The notes below the pieces were generated by a model, which made no database searches, had not been told where the DNA came from, and saw only the letters and a list, made by a program, of their open reading frames with translations. The translations under genes and the position numbers were made by a program. A DNA stretch of 64,000 bases from an uncultured Bacteroidota bacterium (lineage in GTDB: Bacteria; Bacteroidota; Bacteroidia; Flavobacteriales; Flavobacteriaceae): positions 24,055-88,054 of the forward strand of contig CABYMF010000001.1 of NCBI GenBank assembly GCA_902519955.1, read 5' to 3'. Numbering within the stretch: position 1 is the first letter of the stretch; every line of letters begins with the position of its first letter. This document shows, piece by piece, positions 36,335 through 45,195 of the stretch.

Positions 36335-38034
36335 TATATGTTCATTTTTTTTAATTCCTCAACTGCGTGGTTAACTGCCCTGGCTGTTAGTGCCATATAT
36401 GTTATTGACGGATTTTGATTACCAGCTGATGTCATACAAGATCCATCAGTAACATAAACATTTTTTACAGAATGAATTTGATTATTTCCATTTAAAACCG
36501 ATGTTTTTGGATCTTTTCCCATTCTAGCAGTACCCATCTCATGTATACCATGTCCAAAATTATATGTATCAATTCCATCATAAGAATAGACACCTTTAAA
36601 GCCCGCAGATTCCATCATTTCTTGAGCTTGTTGCTTCATATCTTTTCTCATTTCAAACTCATTTTCTCTGAGTCTAGCATCAAAAGTTACAGTTGGTAGC
36701 CCCCATTTATCTTTTTTCTCATAATCCAAATACATCTTGTTTTCATGGTTAGGTAATATTTCACCAAACCCACTTAAACCTGCAGACCATTTACCAGGAT
36801 CAACTAACAAATTTTTAAAAACTGAACCAAATGAGGCAAGTTCCTTAACAGTATCATATGGTTTAATTCCTCTCCCTCCGCCACCTTGATAACCATAACC
36901 TCTTACAAAATTTTTCATTTTAGTTTCATCATTTATATTTCTAAATCTTGGAACAAAAATTCCTCCAGGGCGTCTACCATATACTGTTTTATCAGAAAAT
37001 TCATCAAGATATCCACCTGCACCAATAACAAAATGATGATCCATTAGGTTATGACCCAGCTCATTAGAATCATTACCCATGCCGTTTGGAAACCTATTTG
37101 ATTTTGATTGCAAAAGGATTGAGGTTGATCCAACAGTTGATGCACAAACAAAAATTACTTTTGAAAAATACTCATATGTCAAATTAGTTTCAGAGTCAAT
37201 AACCTTAACACCAGTAGCTTTTTTTGTGTTTTCATCATACATAATTTCATAAGCAATAGAGTGTGGGCGCAATGTCATATTACCAGTTGCTTCCGCAGCA
37301 GGTATAGTTGAAGAATTGCTACTGAAGTATGCTCCGTATGGACACCCTCTTCTACACAAGTTTCTATTTTGACATGTTATTCTTCCAAGTCCAGGTTTAG
37401 TACCTTCCGTGATATGAGCAACACGAGCGGAGGTTAGAATTCTATCATTATAATTTTCTGCTAATTTATCCTTTAAATAGTTTTCTGCACAATTTAAATC
37501 AAGAGGTTTAAGAAACTTTCCGTCAGGAAAATGAGCTATTCCAAGTTTTTCTCCGCTAACGCCTATATATTCCTCTACATAGTCATACCATGGAGAAATG
37601 TCTTTATATCTAATTGGCCAGTCAACACCAAATCCGTCTTTTGAATTTGCCTCAAAGTCCAAGTCGCTTAGTCTATAAGTTTGTCTACCCCAAATTAATG
37701 ATCTTCCTCCAACATGGTAACCTCGAATCCAGTTAAAAGGTTTCTCTTCATTGTAAGGATGGTCATTATCATTAACAAAAAAATGTTTAGAATGTTCAGT
37801 AATTTGACCTGTCCTAGTTTGTTTTGGATGATCTTTATAGATCTTTTGAGTTTTAGTGATTCCACCATCAAATTCCCATGGATGCATGTTCATGGTAGGG
37901 TAATCCTCAATGTGCCTTACCATTCTGCCTCTTTCCAGTACTAATGTCTTTAATCCTTTTTCAGTTAATTCTTTTGCTGCCCATCCACCACTTATTCCAG
38001 TTCCAACAACAATAGCATCATATTCTTGTATCAT
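36334..38034 (-). CDS. GMC-family FAD oxidoreductase (large catalytic subunit, no signal peptide of its own)
   Basis: YDAIVVGTGISGGWAAKELTEKGLKTLVLERG is an FAD Rossmann fold. The C-terminal GMC motif is HEMGTARMG...VYVTDGSCM. Length is 566 aa. Confidence 0.88.
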   Translation of the reverse strand: MIQEYDAIVVGTGISGGWAAKELTEKGLKTLVLERGRMVRHIEDYPTMNMHPWEFDGGITKTQKIYKDHPKQTRTGQITEHSKHFFVNDNDHPYNEEKPFNWIRGYHVGGRSLIWGRQTYRLSDLDFEANSKDGFGVDWPIRYKDISPWYDYVEEYIGVSGEKLGIAHFPDGKFLKPLDLNCAENYLKDKLAENYNDRILTSARVAHITEGTKPGLGRITCQNRNLCRRGCPYGAYFSSNSSTIPAAEATGNMTLRPHSIAYEIMYDENTKKATGVKVIDSETNLTYEYFSKVIFVCASTVGSTSILLQSKSNRFPNGMGNDSNELGHNLMDHHFVIGAGGYLDEFSDKTVYGRRPGGIFVPRFRNINDETKMKNFVRGYGYQGGGGRGIKPYDTVKELASFGSVFKNLLVDPGKWSAGLSGFGEILPNHENKMYLDYEKKDKWGLPTVTFDARLRENEFEMRKDMKQQAQEMMESAGFKGVYSYDGIDTYNFGHGIHEMGTARMGKDPKTSVLNGNNQIHSVKNVYVTDGSCMTSAGNQNPSITYMALTARAVNHAVEELKKMNI

Positions 38035-38132
38035 AATAAATTAGAAATCAAATTCAATTTAAACAATAATTACATTTTATGGTAATTAATTATTTAAATT
38101 TATATTTATAGTAATATAAAAAACTAACCAAC

Positions 38133-39077
38133 ATGAAAAGGAAAAAATTTATCAAACTAGCTTCAACAGGAGCTTTTGGAATATCATCTTTAGGGTATTT
38201 ATCCTTTGATTATAAAAAGGAAATATTTTTTAAACTATCCTTAGCGCAGTGGTCGCTTCATAATGCATTTCAAAGTGGTCAAAGATCACCATATGAATTT
38301 GCTAAAATATCAAAGGAATTAGGATTTCAAGGTATTGAGTTTGTATCACAATTCTATCCCAATGTCTCGACAGACCAATCTGCTTATGAAGATTTTGTTA
38401 CAATGAATAAAAGATTATCAAATGAAAATAATGTGGAAAACGTTTTAGTTATGATCGATGATGAAAATGGTTATTTAGCAGACGAAAATGAAATTAAAAG
38501 GAATGAGTCTATTGAAATGCATAAAAACTGGATAAACGCTTCGGCAGAGATTGGTTGTTCACATGCAAGACTAAATTTATATGGATCTAAAGATGTAGAT
38601 ACTTGGAAAGCTTTATCAATGGAAAGTCTAACTGAGTTAGGAAATCATGCAAAGAATTTAAATATAAATGTTATTGTTGAAAACCATGGAAGGATAACTT
38701 CTAATATCCCTGAGCTTATGGATGTTATAAATGGAGTTAATTTAGAGAACGTCGGAACACTGCCCGATTTTGGAAATTTCTGCATGGCTGATGAGGGTTA
38801 CGGTTCAGTTTTTGATGGAACATGTGAGACTACATATGACTTTTATAAAGGAATTGAAGAAATGATGCCGAAAGCTTTTGCTGTCAGTGCAAAATCAAAC
38901 GACTTTGATGAAAATGGGGATGAGAAATTAATTGATTATACTAGAATGTTAAAGATTGTAAAAAGCTTTGGGTATAATAGTTACATAGGAGTTGAGTATG
39001 AAGGTGAAAGATTATCGGAAATTGATGGGATCAAAGCAACAAGAGATTTATTAATTAAAGTTGGTCAATCAATATAA
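38133..39077 (+). CDS. Xylose-isomerase-like TIM-barrel protein (sugar phosphate isomerase/epimerase family) with an N-terminal export signal
   Basis: Leader MKRKKFIKLASTGAFGISSLGY is Tat-like but lacks RR. The AP_endonuc_2-type core shows ...VIVENHG... and ...IGVEYEG.... Confidence 0.8.
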   Translation: MKRKKFIKLASTGAFGISSLGYLSFDYKKEIFFKLSLAQWSLHNAFQSGQRSPYEFAKISKELGFQGIEFVSQFYPNVSTDQSAYEDFVTMNKRLSNENNVENVLVMIDDENGYLADENEIKRNESIEMHKNWINASAEIGCSHARLNLYGSKDVDTWKALSMESLTELGNHAKNLNINVIVENHGRITSNIPELMDVINGVNLENVGTLPDFGNFCMADEGYGSVFDGTCETTYDFYKGIEEMMPKAFAVSAKSNDFDENGDEKLIDYTRMLKIVKSFGYNSYIGVEYEGERLSEIDGIKATRDLLIKVGQSI

Positions 39078-39083
39078 TAGAGA

Positions 39084-40295
39084 ATGAATAAGACAATAAA
39101 CATAAAATTAAGTATAATGATGTTTTTAGAGTTTTTTATCTGGGGATGTTGGTTTGTTACAATGGGGACATTTCTTTCCCAATCTTTCAATTCATCTGGA
39201 GCTGAGATTGGACTTGCATATGAGACTCAATCCTGGGGTGCAATTATTGCTCCGTTTATAATAGGACTAATAGCTGACAGGTACTTTGATGCCGAAAAGA
39301 TTCTTGCATTGATTCATATTTTAGGTGGTGGTCTTTTATTTATGTGTTCTATAGCAGTTGGATTTGAAAGTTTTTTTCCTTACATATTAATATATATGAT
39401 ACTTTATATGCCAACTTTAGCTCTAGTAAATTCAATTTCTTTTAGGCAAATGTCTGATCCATCAAAAGAGTTTCCAAAAATTAGGGTTTGGGGAACAATT
39501 GGTTGGGTTGTGGCAGGTCTGGTAATTAGCTATGGTGTTGGCTGGGAAGCAAGTCAAACACTGGAATATACTTTTTACTTAGCTGCTGTTGTTTCGGTAA
39601 TTCTTGGTATGTTCAGCTTTACATTACCTAAAACTCCTCCTAAAGGTAAAAATTCTTCTAGCCCAAGCTTTAAAGAAATTTTAGGCCTTGATGCTTTGAA
39701 ATTACTTAATGACTCAAAATATTTGATATTTTTTATATCATCAATATTAATCTCGATTCCTTTATCTTTTTATTACGCAGACGCTAACTTATTTTTAAAT
39801 GAACTTGGTATGGCAAATGCTGCAGGTGTTATGACTTTGGGTCAGATTTCTGAGGCTCTTTTTATATTATTACTTCCTGTTTTCTTAAAAAAGTATGGAA
39901 TTAAAACTACTCTTGCAGTTGGAATGTTTGCCTGGGCATTAAGATATGTGCTTTTTGCTTTTGGAGATACTGGATCAAATATTTGGATGCTTATTTTTGG
40001 GATAATCTTACATGGTGTATGTTATGACTTTTTCTTTGTATCAGGTCAAATATATACTGATTTTAAAGCAGGAGAAAAATATAAAAGTGCTGCACAAGGC
40101 CTAATTACTCTTGCAGTTTATGGAATAGGTATGTTAATTGGATTTAGACTTGCAGGTAGAGTTACAGATATTTATGCAATAGATGGTGGACACAATTGGT
40201 CTGAAATTTGGACAATACCAGCAATTTTTGCATTTGTAGTATTTATATTATTCATAATCATTTATAAAAACGAAAAAATAGAAATTGAAAAGTAA
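39084..40295 (+). CDS. MFS transporter, nucleoside:H+ symporter (NupG/XapB-like) family
   Basis: Twelve TMs. The N-terminus LSIMMFLEFFIWGCWFVTMGTFL is characteristic of the NHS family. Confidence 0.8.
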   Translation: MNKTINIKLSIMMFLEFFIWGCWFVTMGTFLSQSFNSSGAEIGLAYETQSWGAIIAPFIIGLIADRYFDAEKILALIHILGGGLLFMCSIAVGFESFFPYILIYMILYMPTLALVNSISFRQMSDPSKEFPKIRVWGTIGWVVAGLVISYGVGWEASQTLEYTFYLAAVVSVILGMFSFTLPKTPPKGKNSSSPSFKEILGLDALKLLNDSKYLIFFISSILISIPLSFYYADANLFLNELGMANAAGVMTLGQISEALFILLLPVFLKKYGIKTTLAVGMFAWALRYVLFAFGDTGSNIWMLIFGIILHGVCYDFFFVSGQIYTDFKAGEKYKSAAQGLITLAVYGIGMLIGFRLAGRVTDIYAIDGGHNWSEIWTIPAIFAFVVFILFIIIYKNEKIEIEK

Positions 40296-41421
40296 AATTA
40301 GATTAGGTATTCTCGGAGGAGGGGGAGATTCTCTAATTGGAATAGTTCACAGGATTGCTTCATCTATGCATGATAGCTATTCTATAATTGGTGGTGTTTT
40401 TAACCCAGACTACTCCGAAAACCTAAAATTTGCAAAAGAAATAGGTCTAGATGAGACTAGAGTCTATGAAGACTATGACAAAATGATTGAAGAAGAACTA
40501 AAATTGGATGAGAGTGAGAGGATGCAAGTTGTCTCAATATTAACCCCAAACTTTCTGCACTATCCCATGGCTAAAAAGCTTCTTGAAAATAATTTTAGTG
40601 TTATTTGTGAAAAGCCTATGACAACTACTTATGAGGAGGCTCTAAATTTAGAACGAATTTATAAATCTAAAAAATTAACTTTTGCTGTTACATACACATA
40701 CACAGGATATCCAATGATAAGGCAAATGAAGGAGATGATAAAAGAAGGTGTAATTGGAGATATTCAAAGAGTTGATCTTCAATACTATCAAGGATGGATT
40801 AATCCAATAATTCATGATAGTAATAAAAGATCAGAAACATGGAGACTTCAGCCTGATAAGTCTGGAATCAGTTGTTGTATTGGTGACATTGGCACACATG
40901 CTTTTGATATGTTAGAATATGTAACTGGAATGGAAGTCCAGGAACTCTTATCTGATTTAAATTATGTTTATGATGATAACCCAATGGATGTTGATGGTAC
41001 TATTCTAATTCGGTTTTCGGATAAAATAAAAGGTGTGATTAGAGCTAGTCAAATTGCAACGGGTGAAGAAAATTGCTTTACAGTTGCTATATATGGAAGA
41101 AAAGGTGGTTTGAAATGGCAACAAGAAAATCCAAATTATCTAAATTACTTGAGTGATTCAGAGCCCCTTAAAGTTCTTAAACCGGGTCATGATTATAATT
41201 CTAATTTTTCAAAAATTTCTGCCAAATTACCACCTGGACATCCAGAGGGTATGTTTGACTCTATGGCAAATATTTATCATGGTGTAGCAAGAGAGATAAA
41301 AGGAGAAAAAGAATTTGATGGAGAGTACCCTAGTTTAAATGATGGTTTAAGGGGGATGTTATTTATAGAAAAAGCTGTTGAATCTCACAATAATGGTAAC
41401 ACTTGGGTAAAATTAAAGTAA
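40285..41421 (+). CDS. Gfo/Idh/MocA-family NAD(P)-dependent oxidoreductase
   Basis: The Rossmann motif IRLGILGGGGDSLIG follows directly after a TTG start. VICEKPM is also present. The gene overlaps the MFS gene by 11 nt. Confidence 0.85.
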   Translation: MKSKIRLGILGGGGDSLIGIVHRIASSMHDSYSIIGGVFNPDYSENLKFAKEIGLDETRVYEDYDKMIEEELKLDESERMQVVSILTPNFLHYPMAKKLLENNFSVICEKPMTTTYEEALNLERIYKSKKLTFAVTYTYTGYPMIRQMKEMIKEGVIGDIQRVDLQYYQGWINPIIHDSNKRSETWRLQPDKSGISCCIGDIGTHAFDMLEYVTGMEVQELLSDLNYVYDDNPMDVDGTILIRFSDKIKGVIRASQIATGEENCFTVAIYGRKGGLKWQQENPNYLNYLSDSEPLKVLKPGHDYNSNFSKISAKLPPGHPEGMFDSMANIYHGVAREIKGEKEFDGEYPSLNDGLRGMLFIEKAVESHNNGNTWVKLK

Positions 41422-41427
41422 ATTAAA

Positions 41428-42480
41428 ATGAAGACAATAAAAGGACCAGCAGTTTTTCTCGCTCAATTCGCAGATAAATCTGAACCATTTAATACTCTTG
41501 ACGGTATATGTAAATGGGCCTCAAGCCATGGATATAAAGGAATTCAGATACCGACATGGGAAAGCTCACTAATTGATTTGGATAAAGCATCTGATAGCCA
41601 AGATTACTGTGATGAATTAATTGGAAAAGTTAAATCGTATGGTCTTGAGATAACTGAACTATCTACTCATCTTCAAGGGCAACTTGTTGCAGTCCATCCT
41701 GCATATGATTTGATGTTTGATAATTTTGCACCTGATAATTTAAAAAAGAATCCAAAAGAAAGAACTAAGTGGGCAGTTGAGACAGTTAAAAAAGCTGCAA
41801 TAGCAAGCAACAGACTTGGTTTAAAGGCTCATGCAACTTTTTCTGGAGCACTACTTTGGCATACATGGCATCCATGGCCTCAAGCTCCAAAAGGATTGGT
41901 CGAAATGGGATTTGAAGAATTGGCAAAAAGATGGCTTCCAATTTTAAATGTATTTGATGAGAATGGTGTTGATTTATGCTATGAAATACATCCAGGAGAA
42001 GATCTTCATGATGGTGTAACTTTTGAAAGATTTCTTAAAGCAACAGATAACCATAAAAGAGTGAATATATTATACGATCCAAGTCATTTTATTTTGCAAC
42101 AACTTGATTATATAACATACATTGATCATTATCATGAGTTTATAAAGTCTTTTCATGTAAAAGATGCTGAATTTAACCCTACTGGTAAAAAGGGAGCTTT
42201 CGGAGGATATTTAGATTGGGCTGATAGGGCTGGTAGATACAGATCACTGGGAGATGGTCAAATTGATTTTAAAACTATCTTCTCTAAATTAACTCAATAT
42301 GGATGTGATTTATGGGCAGTTTTGGAATGGGAATGTTGTATTAAAAGTCCTGAACAGGGAGCGGCTGAAGGTGCAAAAGTTATTCAAGATTTAATCATAA
42401 ATTGTACATCGAAAAAATTTGATGATTTTGCTGGAGGAAAAGCTAATGATGATGACTTAAAAACAATTTTAAATATTTAA
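41428..42480 (+). CDS. Xylose-isomerase-like TIM-barrel protein (cytoplasmic)
   Basis: No signal peptide. AP_endonuc_2-type features include LCYEIHPGEDLHD and FHVKDAEF. Length is 350 aa. Confidence 0.8.
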   Translation: MKTIKGPAVFLAQFADKSEPFNTLDGICKWASSHGYKGIQIPTWESSLIDLDKASDSQDYCDELIGKVKSYGLEITELSTHLQGQLVAVHPAYDLMFDNFAPDNLKKNPKERTKWAVETVKKAAIASNRLGLKAHATFSGALLWHTWHPWPQAPKGLVEMGFEELAKRWLPILNVFDENGVDLCYEIHPGEDLHDGVTFERFLKATDNHKRVNILYDPSHFILQQLDYITYIDHYHEFIKSFHVKDAEFNPTGKKGAFGGYLDWADRAGRYRSLGDGQIDFKTIFSKLTQYGCDLWAVLEWECCIKSPEQGAAEGAKVIQDLIINCTSKKFDDFAGGKANDDDLKTILNI

Positions 42481-42483
42481 ACT

Positions 42484-43206
42484 ATGAAAAAAACTATATA
42501 TATTTTGACACTAATTTTATCAACTAATTTTTCACTTTTTTCTCAAGAAAGTAATTGGACTGATCTTTTTAATGGAGAAAATCTTGATGGTTGGCATACT
42601 TACAACAAGAATGTTAAGAAAAAAATTAAAAAATGGTATGTTGAAAATGGCGAATTAATTTTGGATTCTAAAAATGATAATATTAGTCGTGGCAATGATA
42701 TTGTGACAAATAAAAAGTATACAAATTTTGAATTATCAATTGAATGGAATATTCCTTTTGGAGGTAATAGTGGAATAATGTTTGGAGTTGAGGAAATAAA
42801 AGGAATGGGAGAGCCTTGGCAAACAGGTCCAGAAATTCAAGTTTTAGATAATGATAATTTTGAAGATGGTAATTCTCTAGCTATACATTTAGCTCCTGCA
42901 TTATATGATTTAAAAGCTGTTGATCAAATTGAATATAATTCCTATGGAAACTGGAATCACCTACTTCTTAAAATTGATCATGATAATAATTTAGGTTCAA
43001 TAACCTTTAATGGGAACTTTGTTTATTCATTTGCCTTATCTGGTCCAGAATGGGATAAAATGGTTTCTAAATCTAAATTTAACAATCCTTCTCACCCATC
43101 ATATGTAATTGCACCGCTTTTTGGAAAATTTAAAACTGGCAAAATTGCTTTACAAGATCATGGTTTTGCTGTTAGATATAGAAATATTAAAATTAGAGAA
43201 CTATAA
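42484..43206 (+). CDS. DUF1080 (3-keto-disaccharide hydrolase family) secreted protein
   Basis: Sec signal MKKTIYILTLILSTNFSLFSQ. The protein also contains NGENLDGWHTYN...WYVENGELI, NSGIMF, EIQVLDN, and LQDHGFAVRYRNIKIREL. Confidence 0.8.
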   Translation: MKKTIYILTLILSTNFSLFSQESNWTDLFNGENLDGWHTYNKNVKKKIKKWYVENGELILDSKNDNISRGNDIVTNKKYTNFELSIEWNIPFGGNSGIMFGVEEIKGMGEPWQTGPEIQVLDNDNFEDGNSLAIHLAPALYDLKAVDQIEYNSYGNWNHLLLKIDHDNNLGSITFNGNFVYSFALSGPEWDKMVSKSKFNNPSHPSYVIAPLFGKFKTGKIALQDHGFAVRYRNIKIREL

Positions 43207-43209
43207 CAT

Positions 43210-44064
43210 ATGATTCATTCAATGACTGGCTTTGGGAAAAAGGAGAAGCTCATAAATAATTATAATATAGTCATTGAAATTCGTTCACTAAATTCAAAAA
43301 CACTTGATTTAAATTTAAAAATTGATGATTCTTTTTTATTTATTGATGAATATTTAAGAAAGTCCATTAATCAAAAAATTATTAGGGGCAAAATTGACGT
43401 ATCAATCACTATTAAAAATTTTAATAAAGGATTAGTCATTCCATTTAACACGCGAAAAGTTAAAGAATACATCAAGGAATTAAAAAAAAATTTTGATATT
43501 AATGAGTCCCAAATAATCTCATATTTATTTAGCAGTGACAAGGTTATTGAGTCAGAGATAAAACTTAATAAAAATGACAAAAAAAAGATTAAGTTACTGA
43601 TAGATAAGTGTATTGAAGAATTAAATAAGTATAGAATAAAGGAAGGAAAAGCAATAAGCAAAGACCTTAAAAGAAGTATTTCAAAAATAGATAGCTATAT
43701 AAAAAAAATTATCTCAATTGAACCATCAAGAATTAAAGACAAAAAAAATAAAATTAAAACCTACCTAGAAGAACTTGAAAATAAGTTTGATAAATCCAGA
43801 CTAGAACAAGAAATTATATATTATATTGAAAAATTTGATATAAATGAAGAAATAATTAGATTGAAAAATCATTTAAAATTTTTCATTTCGGAAATTAATT
43901 CAGAATATGCACAAGGAAAGAAACTCTCGTTCATTTCACAAGAAATAGGTAGAGAAATAAATACAATTGGTTCAAAGGCTAACAATTTTAAGATTCAAAG
44001 TATAGTAGTCAATATGAAAGAAGAAAATGAAAAAATAAAGCAAAATATTTTTAATATATTATAA
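43210..44064 (+). CDS. yicC: YicC-family stress-induced protein
   Basis: MIHSMTGFG at the N-terminus and DINEEIIRLKNH...SQEIGREINTIGSKAN at the C-terminus. Confidence 0.85.
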   Translation: MIHSMTGFGKKEKLINNYNIVIEIRSLNSKTLDLNLKIDDSFLFIDEYLRKSINQKIIRGKIDVSITIKNFNKGLVIPFNTRKVKEYIKELKKNFDINESQIISYLFSSDKVIESEIKLNKNDKKKIKLLIDKCIEELNKYRIKEGKAISKDLKRSISKIDSYIKKIISIEPSRIKDKKNKIKTYLEELENKFDKSRLEQEIIYYIEKFDINEEIIRLKNHLKFFISEINSEYAQGKKLSFISQEIGREINTIGSKANNFKIQSIVVNMKEENEKIKQNIFNIL

Positions 44065-44630
44065 TGACTAATAAGCTTATAGTTTTTTCAGCCCCTTCAG
44101 GTGCAGGCAAAACCACTTTAGTAAAATATATACTTGAAACTTTCAGTGAAATTCAATTTTCAATTTCTGCAACATCAAGAAAAGCAAGAGGTGAAGAAAA
44201 AGATGGAAAAGATTATTATTTTTTAAGTAGCAAAGAATTTAAAACTAGAGTTGAAAATGATGAATTTATTGAGTATGAAGAAGTTTATGGGGGGAACTAT
44301 TATGGAACACTTAAATCTGAATTAAAAAGGATTTGGCAGGATAAAAAAATAGCAATTTTTGACCTAGATGTTGTTGGAGGTGCGAACATAAAGAGTATGT
44401 TCCCAGATCAGACCCTATCCATATTTGTTATGCCTCCAAGTATTGAAATTCTTAAAAGAAGACTACTTGAAAGAGGTGATGTCTCCAGAGAAGAAGTTGA
44501 TGTAAGAATTAAAAAAGCTGAAATTGAATTAGATTATGCATCAAAATTTGATAATATTATCATTAATAACGATCTTGAAGAATCAAAAAAAATTGCCCTT
44601 ACTTTAATAAAAGAATTTATAGATGAGTAA
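44064..44630 (+). CDS. gmk: Guanylate kinase
   Basis: FSAPSGAGKTTL, SATSRKARGEEKDGKDYYF and EYEEVYGGNYYGT. Confidence 0.92.
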   Translation: MTNKLIVFSAPSGAGKTTLVKYILETFSEIQFSISATSRKARGEEKDGKDYYFLSSKEFKTRVENDEFIEYEEVYGGNYYGTLKSELKRIWQDKKIAIFDLDVVGGANIKSMFPDQTLSIFVMPPSIEILKRRLLERGDVSREEVDVRIKKAEIELDYASKFDNIIINNDLEESKKIALTLIKEFIDE

Positions 44631-45195
44631 TGTAGGTCTATACCTAGGAACATTTAACCCTATACATAATGGTCACGTTACATTGACTGAATATTTTTCA
44701 AATCTAACTGAATTAGATGAGGTCCTGGTTGTAATTAGTCCTCAAAGTCCTTTTAAGAACGAGGATGAATTAATTAGTGATATAGATAGGCTGAAGATGG
44801 CTGAAACCGTATTTAAAAAGTTTGATAATGTAAAAGTATCAGATATTGAGTTTAAGATGTCTAAACCTAACTTTACAATTGATACTTTAAAGGAATTTAA
44901 AAAAAGACATAAATATAATAAGTTGATTCTATTAATTGGAGAAGATAATTTAGTTGGGTTCAATAAATGGAAAGATTATAAAAAAATTATTGAAATTGCT
45001 GAAGTATACGTCTACCCTAGAGATACTGATCAAAAAATTCCTGAAGAAATTTTATCTAATTCAAACATAAGGTTGGTAGATGCACCTAAAATTAAAATCT
45101 CTAGTAGCCATATTCGGGAATTAATCAAATTGAAAAAAAAGATTGACACATTAGTCCCACAAGAAGTTTTAAAATTCTTTGAATTAAGCAACTAA
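44623..45195 (+). CDS. nadD: Nicotinate-nucleotide adenylyltransferase
   Basis: GLYLGTFNPIHNGH is the (H/T)xGH motif, and ISSSHIRE is near the C-terminus. Confidence 0.9.
   Translation: MSNVGLYLGTFNPIHNGHVTLTEYFSNLTELDEVLVVISPQSPFKNEDELISDIDRLKMAETVFKKFDNVKVSDIEFKMSKPNFTIDTLKEFKKRHKYNKLILLIGEDNLVGFNKWKDYKKIIEIAEVYVYPRDTDQKIPEEILSNSNIRLVDAPKIKISSSHIRELIKLKKKIDTLVPQEVLKFFELSN

Noticed and set aside
38067-38088. A 7-bp inverted repeat, TAATTAC-N8-GTAATTA, in the divergent promoter region of the sugar-oxidation cluster.
   Set aside because: It is short and A+T-rich, and no regulator is encoded in the cluster to bind it. The expected chance frequency is high. I note it only as something to look for in orthologous regions.
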